Positions 52,175 through 64,000 of a stretch of DNA of 64,000 nucleotides are shown here, piece by piece (the stretch's first letter is position 1; the number at the start of each line of letters is the position of its first letter). Below the pieces are notes generated by a model. It had not been told where the DNA came from, did no database searches, and saw only the letters and a list, made by a program, of their open reading frames with translations. The stretch covers positions 28,813,743-28,877,742 of the forward strand of contig JAUZTB010000107.1 of the NCBI GenBank assembly GCA_034780895.1. The letters are read 5' to 3'. The position numbers and the translations under genes are program-made. The DNA comes from Rhynchobatus australiae (lineage: Eukaryota).

Positions 52175-52530
52175 AGAATCTTATACCAATAACAGCACAG
52201 AAGGCAGCCATTAGGTCTTTTGGGTTCATACCATCTTCCAGGAGAGCAATCTCATTAATCCCATTATCTCCACAACTCATTCTCTCTCACACAAGTCCAC
52301 CAACTCCACTTTGATTCTTTTTGCCAAATTAAATGACACTACAATTTACAGTAAACCAATTAACCTACTATCAGTAAATGTATGGGATGAAGAAAGAAAT
52401 AGAAGGAAATCCACATGGTCAATAAAAGAACATGCAAACTCCATACAGACAGCAGCAAGGTCAGGATTGAATCCAGATCCCCTGAGTCATGAGTCAGCAG
52501 CATTAACTACTGCACCACTGTGCCACATGA
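52175..52530 (-). mobile_element. V-SINE (HE1-like) with CR1-type tail
   Basis: 'acagcacagaaggcagccatt' tail; 'gaacatgcaaactccatacagacagc...aggtcaggattgaatcc...tgcaccactgtgcc' V-domain and tRNA head. Confidence 0.75.
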
Positions 52531-55500
52531 GGTAGAATTAGTAGTGTAAATTTTTCTGAAGCTTTCATAAAATGCTTAACTTACATATGACTGAGCTTGA
52601 GACAATAAGATGGGAATCACCCTTCATCATTCATAGTTTGATTAAGTAAATATACTTCAAATATTGTTCCTGACAATTGCAATAATATATTATTAGGTGA
52701 AAGCAATCTTCTAAAAAACTCAAAGTCTTTATAATGTGATGAATATACTCACTGAACCCATTATTTAAATATATTTCACACAACAAAGCAGTACAGGATT
52801 CCATTAAATGTGTTTTTCAGAAGAGTTACTTTATAATAATTGAGTCAATCTTCGGTCATTAAACATATGTGAAAAAATGTGTATTTCTCTGTGGTTACAA
52901 ATCTTTATTTTTGTCTGTGGTGCAAGCTGTTTCTCTTTAATTAGTCTTATATTGAAACTTGAATGACAAAGCTAGCTCTAGTAATGTAGAAACTGCATGA
53001 TACAAAACATTTAACAAAATCCACAATGAAACTGAGCACCTTCACACTAGTTGTTCATTGGCTAAAACTCTTCAAGTCAGAATCAGATTTTGTTAAATTA
53101 TGTTGTATCTCTAGGATGAACAAACACAAAGCTTTTTTCACTTATGATTAAATTTACATTGTAAAAACAGTTCAAAATCATTGTTTAATATTTAGGTTTA
53201 ATATAAACCTGTCAACTGTACAGAACTCTTTTGTACACATTATTAAAGCAAATATATAGAAGATACATTTCTATGGATGTTGGCAATTAGCACCAGAATT
53301 CTCCTCGCACAAAAACATAATTAAACATTTCATCTGCTTAGAATATGCCACAATCATAATCTTTACTGTGCACCATAAAATATTTACACATTTTAAATGG
53401 GAGCAAATACTTCATTAATAAATTAAGCTCTTTAGCAATATGTACATTATTTTTTGTATATAAATGCTTAAATTGCCAGGGTATCTAATGTATAAAAGCA
53501 GTTATCCAGACAAAACTGTTGATATTACTTTTAAGCCCAAATTCAATAAACTGTGAATAAAATAAAAAAACCTAGAAATATGAGATAGTATCTCTGATCT
53601 ATATATGACATTGAATGGAGAATATTGTGGAGGAGAGAATCAAAATGATAAAATGAAAACATCACTGCAAACCAACAGCATCCTGTTTGTAAATATTTAG
53701 CAAAATTGTTTTAATACAGAATAAGTTTGTTCTTTTTCACCTCTGTACATTTGTTTATGTATATTTTACATGAAAGAGTGTGTCTACACTGCTGACAGAG
53801 AATCTGACTCATTGGCAAGTCTGATTTATTAAATTATTCCCCAAGCATTTTGCCACAAATTTGTCTTACATTAATAAGCATTTCCATTCTATTAAGGTTC
53901 TTAATAAGCATATCTGATAGTGGCAAGGCATTTATGAGTTTGATTAGAACCCAACAAACTCCATTTTACTGAGGTCACTGGTTAATATTTATGAGCTCAT
54001 AGGTAGGATAAAAAAAATCACCTTACTCAAAATTGAAAGTAACCAAGGATAACATTTCCCATTGTAGACAGTAAAATGCATGGGCATGCCTATGGTTTAT
54101 CCATATTCACCCGTGTTTGGATGAGATGTTCCCTTGATTTTTCTTATGTACATGTGCAAAATGGAATTTTTTTTCTTCTTTATATTTTGCCAGTGTGCAC
54201 AAGCAATTCAAATAGCTAATGTAAAATAAACCAGACAATCCTGTGTGCCTAATTACTCCAAAAATTCAGTTTGTTAATGCTGCATTGTTCGGACCTGAGG
54301 TAACCAAAAAAACTACGAAGGCTGGGAATGTGATCGAGAAAAGAAATGAAGATATAAATAAGCACATGCATTTGAATCTTGGATCACAATACAAAAACAT
54401 AATTGCCTAAGCACAGTCACTTACCTGCGATACAGAATCTCATCTGTGCATACATCACATCAATCAGTAACATTTCAACTGCTGCAGTAATTTTGCTGTA
54501 TAGCAGGCCAGCAATTTAAATGTAAACATATTGACGAGCACTGCACATATTACGTTCTCACAGAAAAACCTAAAATTATGGAGGAGAAGCTTTGACCAAG
54601 AACTGAATCAGTAAATTCCCTTATTAACATGCTGTTTATACGTTTCTGAGGTGATAAGTTGGTGTTCAAGTAGAGAGTGATTAAATCTATTGACCCTTTC
54701 TTGCATGTCCTGTTTTTGATAAGAAACTAAAAGATGATAATAGAAAATTACCTGAAAAGTTATGTGACAATTCAAAATTTACATTTTAAATTTTTGAACT
54801 GACGATTTACTTCTTACAGACATGAAGATGGGAACAGTAGACAGTACTGATGAGGAGACCAAGTAAGCTTGGTCAAATTTTGATGAAGGATTTTTAAAAT
54901 ACTGAAAGGAGACATCATTTGTTACAGCTGTATTTACAGTTCATATATGATACATGCTGAATGCTAATATGATATTTTTAAGAGATGAGTGGGCTGAAAC
55001 TGGGTTGTGATGTCAGTTGTATTTACGCTATGAGGCAGAATTTAATGTTGCTTAGGTGAGCTGCAAGTCCCACCTGACTTTCAGTTCCATCCAAGTTAAT
55101 GGAAATGAAAATCAGTGAGTGTATATAAAGAATGGTCAATTTGTCTCTAAAGTCAAAGTTCACCCCTCGGATTGGTGACAGTTTTGAGAGATAAAATGGC
55201 CTTCCATAGCATAACACAAATCCAATATCACTGCACACTAAGAGGATGAACTTAAAGAGCCTAATAAATATTTAGAACATAAAGACCTCAAAAGAGAGCA
55301 ACCACAAGCTTGCAGCTAATTTTGTTATGAAAAGACACTTTTGCACCAATTGCCTGACTTGAGGTACATATTGTGTACTGTATTACTGGCCTTTATAATT
55401 ATTAACAGCAGCATGGATTCAATTAGGAAATAATAAATGTAAACTCACAAAGGTGAACATTTACAAAACTATACCCTGGCATTAAGCAAAACTTTTATAA

Positions 55501-55556
55501 ACTAATGTATCCATAGAGTGATGAACTAAGTTATATAAATAGAAGGATTATCGTAC

Positions 55557-55733
55557 CGAGCTCCAACGACCTCTGTGCCAGACATCATCTGTAGGACAAG
55601 CTCGAGTATTGCATTGTTCACGGTCAGGAGGTTTGTCAAGAATTTCACAGTTCTGATCATTTAGCCTTTGGCCGTTTGGAAGCTGACAAATAACTAGTCT
55701 TGTTCTTGCTCCCCCACCACAGACCTGGGTGCA
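55557..55733 (-). CDS. ADAMTS9: ADAMTS9 internal exon, TSP1 repeat (59 aa; absent from the ORF track)
   Basis: Translated by hand: TAG acceptor, GTACGA donor, 177 bp. Encodes [59 protein letters not shown]; [15 protein letters not shown] matches ADAMTS9. Confidence 0.94.
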
Positions 55734-56919
55734 CTATAAATTTAATACCAACAACATATTCATTAAAAAGTGACAATTTTGCAACAAAAGAGAGGAAAGG
55801 AAGGTTGAACAACAGTAATTCTGTTCAGAAACCAAAACAAGCATTTTGGAAATAACAGCAGTGTGAAATAAAATAAATTAGATGTGTACAAGGAAAAGAT
55901 TTTTGGAACTTTAAAGCATCGAGAATATTATCTCACTTTTTATCTTCTGATTTATTAATAGCAACATGCAGATTATTAAATCATTCTAACCTGACAGGTA
56001 AGAGCAGAATTTGAAATGAGAGAAAACAGCTAGGAAGCTTGCTCAGAAGAACTTGGTCGGCATTTCTTTTGGATGAATATAGAGTTCATAATATGGAATG
56101 CAGAATCTAGGCTTTATAAACTGCCTTACACTTAATGAACTTTCCATTGCTACTAACTTTGAGTAAGTAATGAACTCATGAAGCAATAATTGCAAAATAG
56201 TTTATGTAGCAATTCATACAAGAACACTTGTTCATTAAACAAAGGGAATAACAGCTGCAGTCGAGTGCTAAATCCTCAGACTATTAAACATGCAGTGAAT
56301 CATTAGGGAATATTGTTTATATTTCTCTATTAAGAATGACCTATCCAAGTACAGAGCAGAGGAGCGAGAGTGTATAATTCATTCCTGAGCCTGATTTGTG
56401 ATTTGAATATATTATGTGTGAGCAGCTTCTAAGCTTATTTCACACACCCTTCAATATTATGCCTTTTTATCTTTAGTCAAAATAAACTGAACCTAGTATT
56501 GAATATTCCAATGAAATCTATATCGATAGGACATTAAAGGAGTGAGTTTTAGGTTTTCATTATCCTTGGCATAAATTCATGCTTCCTGATTGCACACCTT
56601 ATTAGCTTAGTTACAATTTTAAGACAAATAACTATTCTGTTCTGGATTAACCACACCCTACAAAAAATGTGTCCAGACATCATCTTTAGATCATATCTGA
56701 ATCTTCTAAATTAAAGAGAATATTTGTCAAATTTAGAAAACGTATCCTCATAATTTAGTCCAATAAGTCATTCTCGTTAATCAATGGTAAACATTGATCA
56801 AGACAAATATACATTCATTGAGACCTGGTGCCTAAAACTGGATGCAGGATTCTTGATCAAGTGCGCCAATGTTCTATGCATTTGCAGCAGAACTTCCTCG
56901 ACCTGAGACTGCTGCAATT

Positions 56920-57985
56920 ATGAACATAAATAAAAAGGAGCAGGATTAAGCCAAATGACCCCTCAAGCCTGCTAAGTCATTCAGTAAGATCACCCCTGAT
57001 CCAGTTTTGGCCACAACACCACTTTTCTGCTCTTTCCCCATACCCTCTGACCCCCTAGTAGTTTGACTGTCTGTTAATCTCGACCCTGAATGCATTCAAG
57101 GACTCTGCCTTTGCAGCTCTTTGAAGTAGAGAATTCCAAAGATTGTCTAAGAAATTCCTGCTTTTCTCCATCTTAAAGGGACAGCCTTTCATTTTGAGGC
57201 TCTGGCTCACAGTTCTAAATAACCCCACTCTTTACTAAATAACCTCCCATTNNNNNNNNNNNNNNNNNNNNNAACCTGCTCAGAACCTTGCATGTTTTGA
57301 CAAGATCATCTTTCATAATTTTCTAAATGCCACTGAGCATAGATGCAACCTTCTCAACCTCTCTTCAAATATCAACCCTTTCATCCCAAGAATCAACCTC
57401 GTGAACCTTCTTTGCTCTGCCTAAAAGGCATGTATATCATTCCTTAAATATGGAGGCCCAAACCATATGCAGTACTCCAGGTATGGTCTTATCAGCACCC
57501 TGTAAAGTTGCATTAGAACTTCCCTGCTTTGATACTCCATATCATTTGCAATAAAGAATAACATCCCATTTGCCTTCCTAATTACTTGCTGTACCCAATT
57601 CCTTAGCATTGCAATGTTTTGTAGTCTCAATCTATTTAAATAATAGTTTGCTTTTTCATTCTTTCCAAAGTGGATAAACTCACATTTTCCCACATTATCC
57701 TCCATTTGCCAATTTCTTGCCTACTCATTTAACTCTCATATAGTCTTTGTAGGCTCTCTGTGTCTTCTTATAATGTGCCAACCCACTTTGCATTTTCATC
57801 AAATATGGCTGTGGTNNNNNNNNNNNNNNNNNNNNNNNNNNNNNNNNNNNNNNNAATGTAACTCTTTGAGGCACCATGACATGGATTGCCAATCTGAAAA
57901 TGATCCATTTATCCCAAATTTCTGATCTTTGATCGTTAAACAATTCCTAAGACATGCCAATATATTACCCCAAGGCATAACAAAA
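56920..57985 (-). mobile_element. Decayed CR1 LINE RT to 3' end
   Basis: ORF NVGKCEFIHFG...VIRKANGML...LMQLYRVLIRPYLEYCIWFGPPYLRND; 3' UTR at 56920-57000. Confidence 0.85.
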
Positions 57986-58390
57986 GAAATATATTTTATG
58001 CTCATTGTGGACTGGGGAAAACTGTAGTTTATTGGCAAAATGCTTTAATTGAGTTTGAAATAGACAATTAAGTTCATCTATCAATGGGATATTATATTCC
58101 CCTAATTTTCCTTGTTTGTTCAATCTTCCCTTAGAACTGAATGCACTCTACTTGCAGGAGAAATTACTGGAAGATGTAAAATTTGGATTTCATAGGATAG
58201 CACTTAAATCTCATATTGATTCTGACTAAACTGTAATTATGTAACCTCATTTGCTTTGCCATCTCTGCAAATTATGTGATTTGTGCCCTGAAATCATATA
58301 AAATCTATATTGTGTCAGTGAATTAGAGACCTTAAAACTAAGAAATAAATGCCAAATGGTGAAGAATAATAAAACTATAATGAAACACAC

Positions 58391-58552
58391 CTCTCCCCAG
58401 TTGCCATAGATCCACTGAGGACAAGGACCAGATTCACAGGACCTAATTTCAACAGGCTTAGCCTGCTCAGCACAATTACTGGCATCATAACCATCTTCAT
58501 TCTGGCAAACCACAACACGCCGTTGGAACCCTCCAGCACAAGTACTAGAACA
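58391..58552 (-). CDS. ADAMTS9: ADAMTS9 internal exon, TSP1 repeat (54 aa)
   Basis: TAG acceptor after a T-rich tract, GTGTGT donor, 162 bp. Encodes [54 protein letters not shown]. Confidence 0.94.
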
Positions 58553-59129
58553 CTACAAAAGAAACACAGCAGAAATTGTAGAACAATTAAAAAAAATTTG
58601 ATACCTAAGTGACTCCAAAGAAAAAATTCGCTGGCTTTAAATTATAAGCAAGGTGTTATTGTCTTGAATAATTAACTCTGTTCTCTCTCCACAGCTGCTG
58701 CTCTGGACCTCAAAATATCTAACAAGGCCTGAAGTACCACATAAAATTTGAAGCCTTTCTTTGGAATATTGAGGGACGAATTCTGGTATAGTGTGAGACA
58801 CATGCGAGAGTATCACTGGCGTCTATTAAATACATGCAAGGGAATCAAGAGAGATAGCCACGTGGCAGAACATTCTCAACATTTTCATGAGCCCTGCAGA
58901 AGAACCAGGAAATTAGACATTGCGCACTTGTAAGATGGAAAAGGTAAAGGAGCAAAGGGGAGCCTTTTGAGAACAGGGTAATCATTGTGTTTTGAAAGGA
59001 ATAGAAATAGTGCCCAAATAAAATGAGATATTAACAACGTCAGTAAGAAATGAAGAAATATAGTTTAGGTGATTAGAGCAAGTGGGGATGAAGGGGACAG
59101 ATGTAGAATAGGCAAAAGTTTACCTAAGA

Positions 59130-59315
59130 TTGTTATCTTTACTAGTTACATGTACATCGAAACACACAGTGAAATGCATCTTTTTGCATAGAGTGTTCTG
59201 GGGGGCAGCCCGCAAGTGTCGCCGCGTTTCCGACGCCAACATAGCATGCCCACAACTTCCTAGTGGGAGGAAACCGGAGCACCAGGAGGAAACCCACACA
59301 GTCACGGGGAGCAGT
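59130..59315 (-). mobile_element. Young V-domain SINE fragment with a non-CR1 (Rex1-like) tail
   Basis: 'gtgggaggaaaccggagcaccaggaggaaacccacacagtcacggggag' V-domain, a CpG-rich middle, and tail 'tctttactagttacatgtacatcgaaacacacagtgaaatgc'. Confidence 0.7.
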
Positions 59316-60045
59316 ACTGTAAATGCTGCATGGATTACCTCAAGTTCTGAAAAGTAGAACTTCATGCTCCTGCTGGGTGTGAAGGGAAAAGGTTGAAGGA
59401 TCAAAGAACAAATTTTGAAGCAATGGTTTGTCATTACAAAAAGTGGCTGTGGTTGCCTCAGGGGTATTCCAAGAATAATAGGAGTATTACACCACTGAGA
59501 GCTGGGATCATTCATCCTTGATATGGCTCTGATAAATTTGGAGGTCAACAGTGATAGTAGCTTGTGTCTTATCTGTTCCAATCTGCCTACCTCAGACATA
59601 AGGATGCAAAAGTGACAAGAGGATGAATGACAATGTAAGGGGTGAAAACCAAATCAGTGGGATGAGTATGTTGCAAGCTGAATTGGAAAGGCCAATGGCC
59701 ATAGAGGCTTCTTATCCTGTTGAGAGGCCGGAAAGAGGAGTACTGATAAAAGAAATTGGCTAGTTTGTTCAGAGGTAAAAAGATAATGGCAGCGGGACGA
59801 GGATGGGAAAGGATTGGTAGAGGAGATAAGGAAGTGACTGTGGTGATGCTGTGGTAAGGATAAATGAGATGGCAAGGATAAGACAGTGGGTGCTTGAGAA
59901 GAAATGGTGTGAAGGTTAAAGTTAAAGAAGGGACAAGAAAGGAAAATACAGTGGAGAGGGAAAATGCAACTTTTAATGAGAGCAAGTAGGAAGTACAAAA
60001 ACAGAGTAATTGGTACGCATGTCCAAATAACCAGCAACGACTTAC

Positions 60046-60297
60046 TGCTCCCCAAGGTCCAGTTCTCCACTGACTTCCTCGCAGTTGGGTATAATCTGGG
60101 TCACCATGCGTGGGCAACATCTTGGGGCGAGGAAACAGGTGACTGTTGTGTCGATGACTACAAGATGGCATGGAGCACTCTTGTTCAGTTCGTGGCTGAT
60201 CATCAGGGTCACACTCACTCTCACTAACAATCTGATTCTTGTAATTCATGCAAATCACATGACGTGTTGCTTTACCTTGGCCACAGGTCACTGAACA
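60046..60297 (-). CDS. ADAMTS9: ADAMTS9 internal exon, TSP1 repeat plus linker (84 aa)
   Basis: TAG acceptor, GTAAGT donor, 252 bp. Encodes CSVTCGQGKATRHVICMNY...GSQWRTGPWGA. Confidence 0.93.
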
Positions 60298-61397
60298 CTA
60301 CATCGAATAAAAAAGACAAGAGCAGATGGCACCCTTATTTCTGAAACATCAAATAAACAGGAAAAAAAACTTAAGCTAAGCAAGTTAAATGATGTAAAGA
60401 AGTATGGAGTAGATGAGACTAAATTCACTAATGTGGTTCAGGTATAATGCCTTTGCTTGAAACCTCAAAGATTCAAATAGATAAAAGGGTTAGCTGCAGG
60501 TCAATCTGCATCTGATGGACAGAGAGCACAAATTACCATCTATCACTTATAAATTTGAATTAAAATGCCAATTTACCACAACATGCCCACAACAGAGTGC
60601 AATCCATGAATTATTGCGAAAGGGAAGTGGACATTATAAAAAGAGTTGTTACCATGTCAAACAGACAAGGGCACGATGAGCAACCCGGCTTTAATTTAAT
60701 GTGTTTTTTCAAGAGCTGAAAAGAGCTTTTGACTTCTTACCTGTAATTTTTTTTACAAATCTAATGCATACCATCCTCACAGTTACATTTATAAAGTGTA
60801 AAGCAATGTGTACAATTCTTTCATTGTGGAAAGCTAGATGGAACTTTCTGCATAGTGGATATTGAGATTTGACCCAGTTAATTGCTTTAAGCATCATAAT
60901 TATAAGCAAGGAATGCTTATTATAGGAAGAAAATATTTCATGATTAAATATGAGTTTTAGAAAATCATACACTGAAAAATAGACAGGCAAAGTGGGGAAA
61001 CAAATTACCCCTCAACTCCTTGACATTGTTCCTGGAACATCACAATGTTTTGCAGCTGTTATATTATTTACCAACAGAAGTCATGTCATTTTATTACTTG
61101 CATATGGTTCAGTGCACTGCATTATGAAACTGCAAAATACATTTTTCAAGACAGTGCAATCCCAACACTGATTGTGCTGAAAGTTGACAAGGATAAATGA
61201 ATATATTCAAATGTGCCATGCCTATTTTGAACATATGTCTACTTTTCATTAATACAACCATGTGCATTAAAAATTGGGTCTAAATTAAATATAGTCTTTT
61301 GACAAAATCAAATATGAATGGAATATAATGCTTCTTGTAAAATACCTCCAATGTCTGGTTTAGCAGCTATAATAAAGTTCAGGACAATATTTCTAAC

Positions 61398-61565
61398 CTG
61401 TGTCCATTCACGAGTCTTCCAACGACCACATGGGATAACAACACATTCTTCTCTAGATGGCGGTTTTGGAAGATGCAGGCAAGCCGACTCATCAGCCACA
61501 GCACCATGGAGGTCTCGACAGCTGACATATCGCTCTTTTGTACCTTTTCCACAGGTAGCAGAGCA
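61398..61565 (-). CDS. ADAMTS9: ADAMTS9 internal exon, TSP1 repeat (56 aa)
   Basis: CAG acceptor, GTTAGA donor, 168 bp. Encodes [56 protein letters not shown]. Confidence 0.93.
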
Positions 61566-61815
61566 CTGTTGAATGAGAATGGTTATGCGTATTTTGTTGG
61601 CAATTTCTATTCAAGATAAACTTTAAACAAAACTACTTTTTAAAAAAAAGTCATGTTAACATGAACTTATAATGACGATAAATAAACAGTAATTGATATT
61701 AATTCACCGCCAATGTCATAAATTATTTATTATTTGTTCACTAATAGCTCTTCCTTATGTCATTTTATTGAATAAGTCATTACTTAATGTAAATAGTAAA
61801 TTTAAATATGTATAC

Positions 61816-61923
61816 TGGAGTCCAAGATCCAAATCGCCACTTAGTTGTGTAGGTCATTTGATTGGGTATTCTTTCGTCCCTTCCATCTGGATGTACATCA
61901 GGGCAAGAAGTTATTTCGCAGTC
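61816..61923 (-). CDS. ADAMTS9: ADAMTS9 internal exon, TSP1 end plus linker (36 aa)
   Basis: CAG acceptor, GTATAC donor, 108 bp. Encodes DCEITSCPDVHPDGRDERIPNQMTYTTKWRFGSWTP; WRFGSWTP as in ADAMTS9. Confidence 0.92.
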
Positions 61924-62157
61924 CTGAAACATAAAACACATGGCTGAAAGTAAATGGATGTTTTTGTGTCTTTCAATTAATAGCAATTATCTAAAAGTAA
62001 AATCAGATTTTTATTCCTAAGCTCTCTCTGCCAAAAACAGCTCAAAACTCTTCACATTTACAATTTTTGATACTATTTTGCACAATAACATATTACAAAC
62101 TACAATGACTTATAAGATCAATTGTTTTGGCATTGTGGTAATGTTACAAATAATTAC

Positions 62158-62277
62158 CTGTGTATCTCTAGGCCTGGTGGCAGCGTTGCATTCATTGTCA
62201 TTGACAATTGTGCCATATGAGCCTGCAACACATCTTACAGCTCGCATCTGATAGCCTGTGCCACATGTGGCTGTGCA
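62158..62277 (-). CDS. ADAMTS9: ADAMTS9 internal exon, TSP1 repeat (40 aa)
   Basis: CAG acceptor (62278-80), GTAATT donor, 120 bp, phase 0. Encodes [40 protein letters not shown]; matches recalled human ADAMTS9 ([14 protein letters not shown]) much better than ADAMTS20. Confidence 0.93.
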
Positions 62278-63869
62278 CTGTAAACAGGACACATTTTTAA
62301 CTCTTCCAAGTCATAGCAAAGTCACATTTTCAAAAGGTACCATACAATGTTAGAGTTACAAAAGCAAACAATCAAAATTGCAAATAATTTGCAAACTTTA
62401 ACTATATCATATTAATGGTCCCATCTCTGACCTGAGAAATTTCCTAGACTGTGATCTTCTTTCAAGAACATAGAGAAAGAAGAGGAAGAGAATCAGAAAA
62501 GTAATTGTCACCTTCACTATGTGGACGGCAATCTGATGGAGCAGAAATTAATGTAAAGAATATCAGGTAGATTCTACAGAGGGCAGACAGGTCACCCTAT
62601 TAAGTTTCTACCTGGTCAAATTAGATAAGATTTAGTGCAATAAAAAATTATAATGTTTGAGCATAAATAAAAAAGGGTGAAGACTAAAATTACGGCTCTA
62701 AAAATTTAAAGGAGCTCAATTAAGAAAGATTAAAATGAAAATGGTCAGAGAAAAAAAAAGGTGTGTGCAGAGCAATGTTTTTTTACTGTGACAGAACATC
62801 TCATTTTAGACAATCTTGGATTAATCAAAGCTACAAAGGTTGAAAAAAATAAGACCTTCCAATGGATATCTTAAGAACATTGTGTCTAATATCAACCATA
62901 AATTATGTACATCTGAAAAAACTAGAAGAAATAATCAATACTTTCTATTTGATCACTTCTAGCTGACTTCAAGGGCCAGCTAAATAGTTAGTGCACATGG
63001 TTCATTTAATGCTTTCAAATCATTACTTTCCCAGTGCTTGGCAAACATGACACGTGAATGCAAAATAAATCTATGTCACAAGTCTGTACTTATAAAACTC
63101 TTGCACATCAATACTTTTTCAAAAACATNNNNNNNNNNNNNNNNNNNNNNNNNNNNNNNNNNNNNNNNNNNNNNNNNNNNNNNNNNNNNNNNNNNNNNNN
63201 NNNNNNNNNNNNNNNNNNNNNNNNNNNNNNNNNNNNNNNNNNNNNNNNNNNNNNNNNNNNNNNNNNNNNNNNNNNNNNNNNNNNNNNNNNNNNNNNNNNN
63301 NNNNNNNNNNNNNNNNNNNNNNNNNNNNNNNNNNNNNNNNNNNNNNNNNNNNNNNNNNNNNNNNNNNNNNNNNNNNNNNNNNNNNNNNNNNNNNNNNNNN
63401 NNNNNNNNNNNNNNNNNNNNNNNNNNNNNNNNNNNNNNNNNNNNNNNNNNNNNNNNNNNNNNNNNNNNNNNNNNNAATCTCCTTTCTATTCTCCATCTCC
63501 AAATACCTATCCTTCATACATTTGCTTATTTCCACTGGGCAATAAATATCGTCACATTGCCATGATTCATTCCTCTTCTATTACAATCCCCTTGCTCCTA
63601 TCACAACCACTATCTTTTCCTTTTGAATTATCCACAATATCTTTCTCCCTTTCTTGTTCAACTGTCACTTAACTTGACTAAGGTAGAGGGAGAAGACATT
63701 TTAAGTTATACCAAGACTTTTTTATTTTTTATTTTCTGCGTTGCAACACCATGCAAAAGTAATTTAGTTTTTGATCAGGGTGGTACCATTATAGATAGAT
63801 TCATTTTAAAAAGGAACTTTATGATTTGAGATAAGAAAGTGAAGCTGTGACTTTCAGAGGTCTTCAAGG

Positions 63870-64000
63870 ACATAAAGCATAGAAACAGAGAAGTAGGAGG
63901 AGCAGAAGTAGGCCATTCGACCTTTAAACCTGCTCTGCCATTCAGTCCAAACATGACTGCTCTGTCATTGCAATACGATATTCTTGCTTTCTTTTCATAC
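63870..64000 (-). mobile_element. CR1 LINE 3' end (runs off window)
   Basis: 'ggagcagaagtaggccattcgacctttaaacctgctctgccattc'. Confidence 0.75.

Larger units (their letters stand above)
2847..55556 (-). other. ADAMTS9: 52,710-bp intron of ADAMTS9 (length includes N gaps)
   Basis: GT...AG ends. The flanking exons join as ...WSS|CSTSCG..., as in recalled human ADAMTS9 (WSS|CSVSCG), so no constitutive exon appears to be missing. Confidence 0.88.

Noticed and set aside
2847-55556. Nested protein-coding gene, tRNA or miRNA in the large intron
   Set aside because: No ORF with a recognisable non-TE domain, no coherent exon chain and no convincing RNA gene was seen by eye; gap contents cannot be assessed.
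59587-60045. 234-aa ORF extending the 60046-60297 exon by about 152 codons
   Set aside because: It reads through a consensus GTAAGT donor into C/T-rich intron, where stops are scarce; the peptide is low-complexity with no domain.
2679-62277. Alternative call as ADAMTS20
   Set aside because: Diagnostic segments ([58 protein letters not shown]) match recalled ADAMTS9 rather than ADAMTS20; not confirmed by search.

Overview
Vertebrate genomic DNA, most likely an elasmobranch (shark or ray) judging by the repeat families. It is AT-rich draft assembly with many N gaps, several of exactly 10 or 100 bp. The whole window lies inside one minus-strand gene, ADAMTS9. Seven consecutive phase-0 exons encoding thrombospondin type-1 repeats are present: 62158-62277, 61816-61923, 61398-61565, 60046-60297, 58391-58552, 55557-55733 and 2679-2846. 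They splice GT-AG into an open 385-aa segment, and the last two are separated by a 52.7-kb intron. The introns contain decayed CR1, L2 and Rex1/Babar LINEs, V-SINE/HE1-like and Deu-domain SINEs, and many Penelope-like element (PLE) termini. The most notable signals come from the PLE termini. They carry minimal hammerhead-ribozyme motifs, one with an intact catalytic core on the pre-mRNA strand (17969-18007). They also recur as short head-to-head palindromic units, one flanked by a perfect 10-bp target-site duplication (43037-43247). Family and gene names come from motif recognition; no database search was run, and repeat boundaries are approximate.
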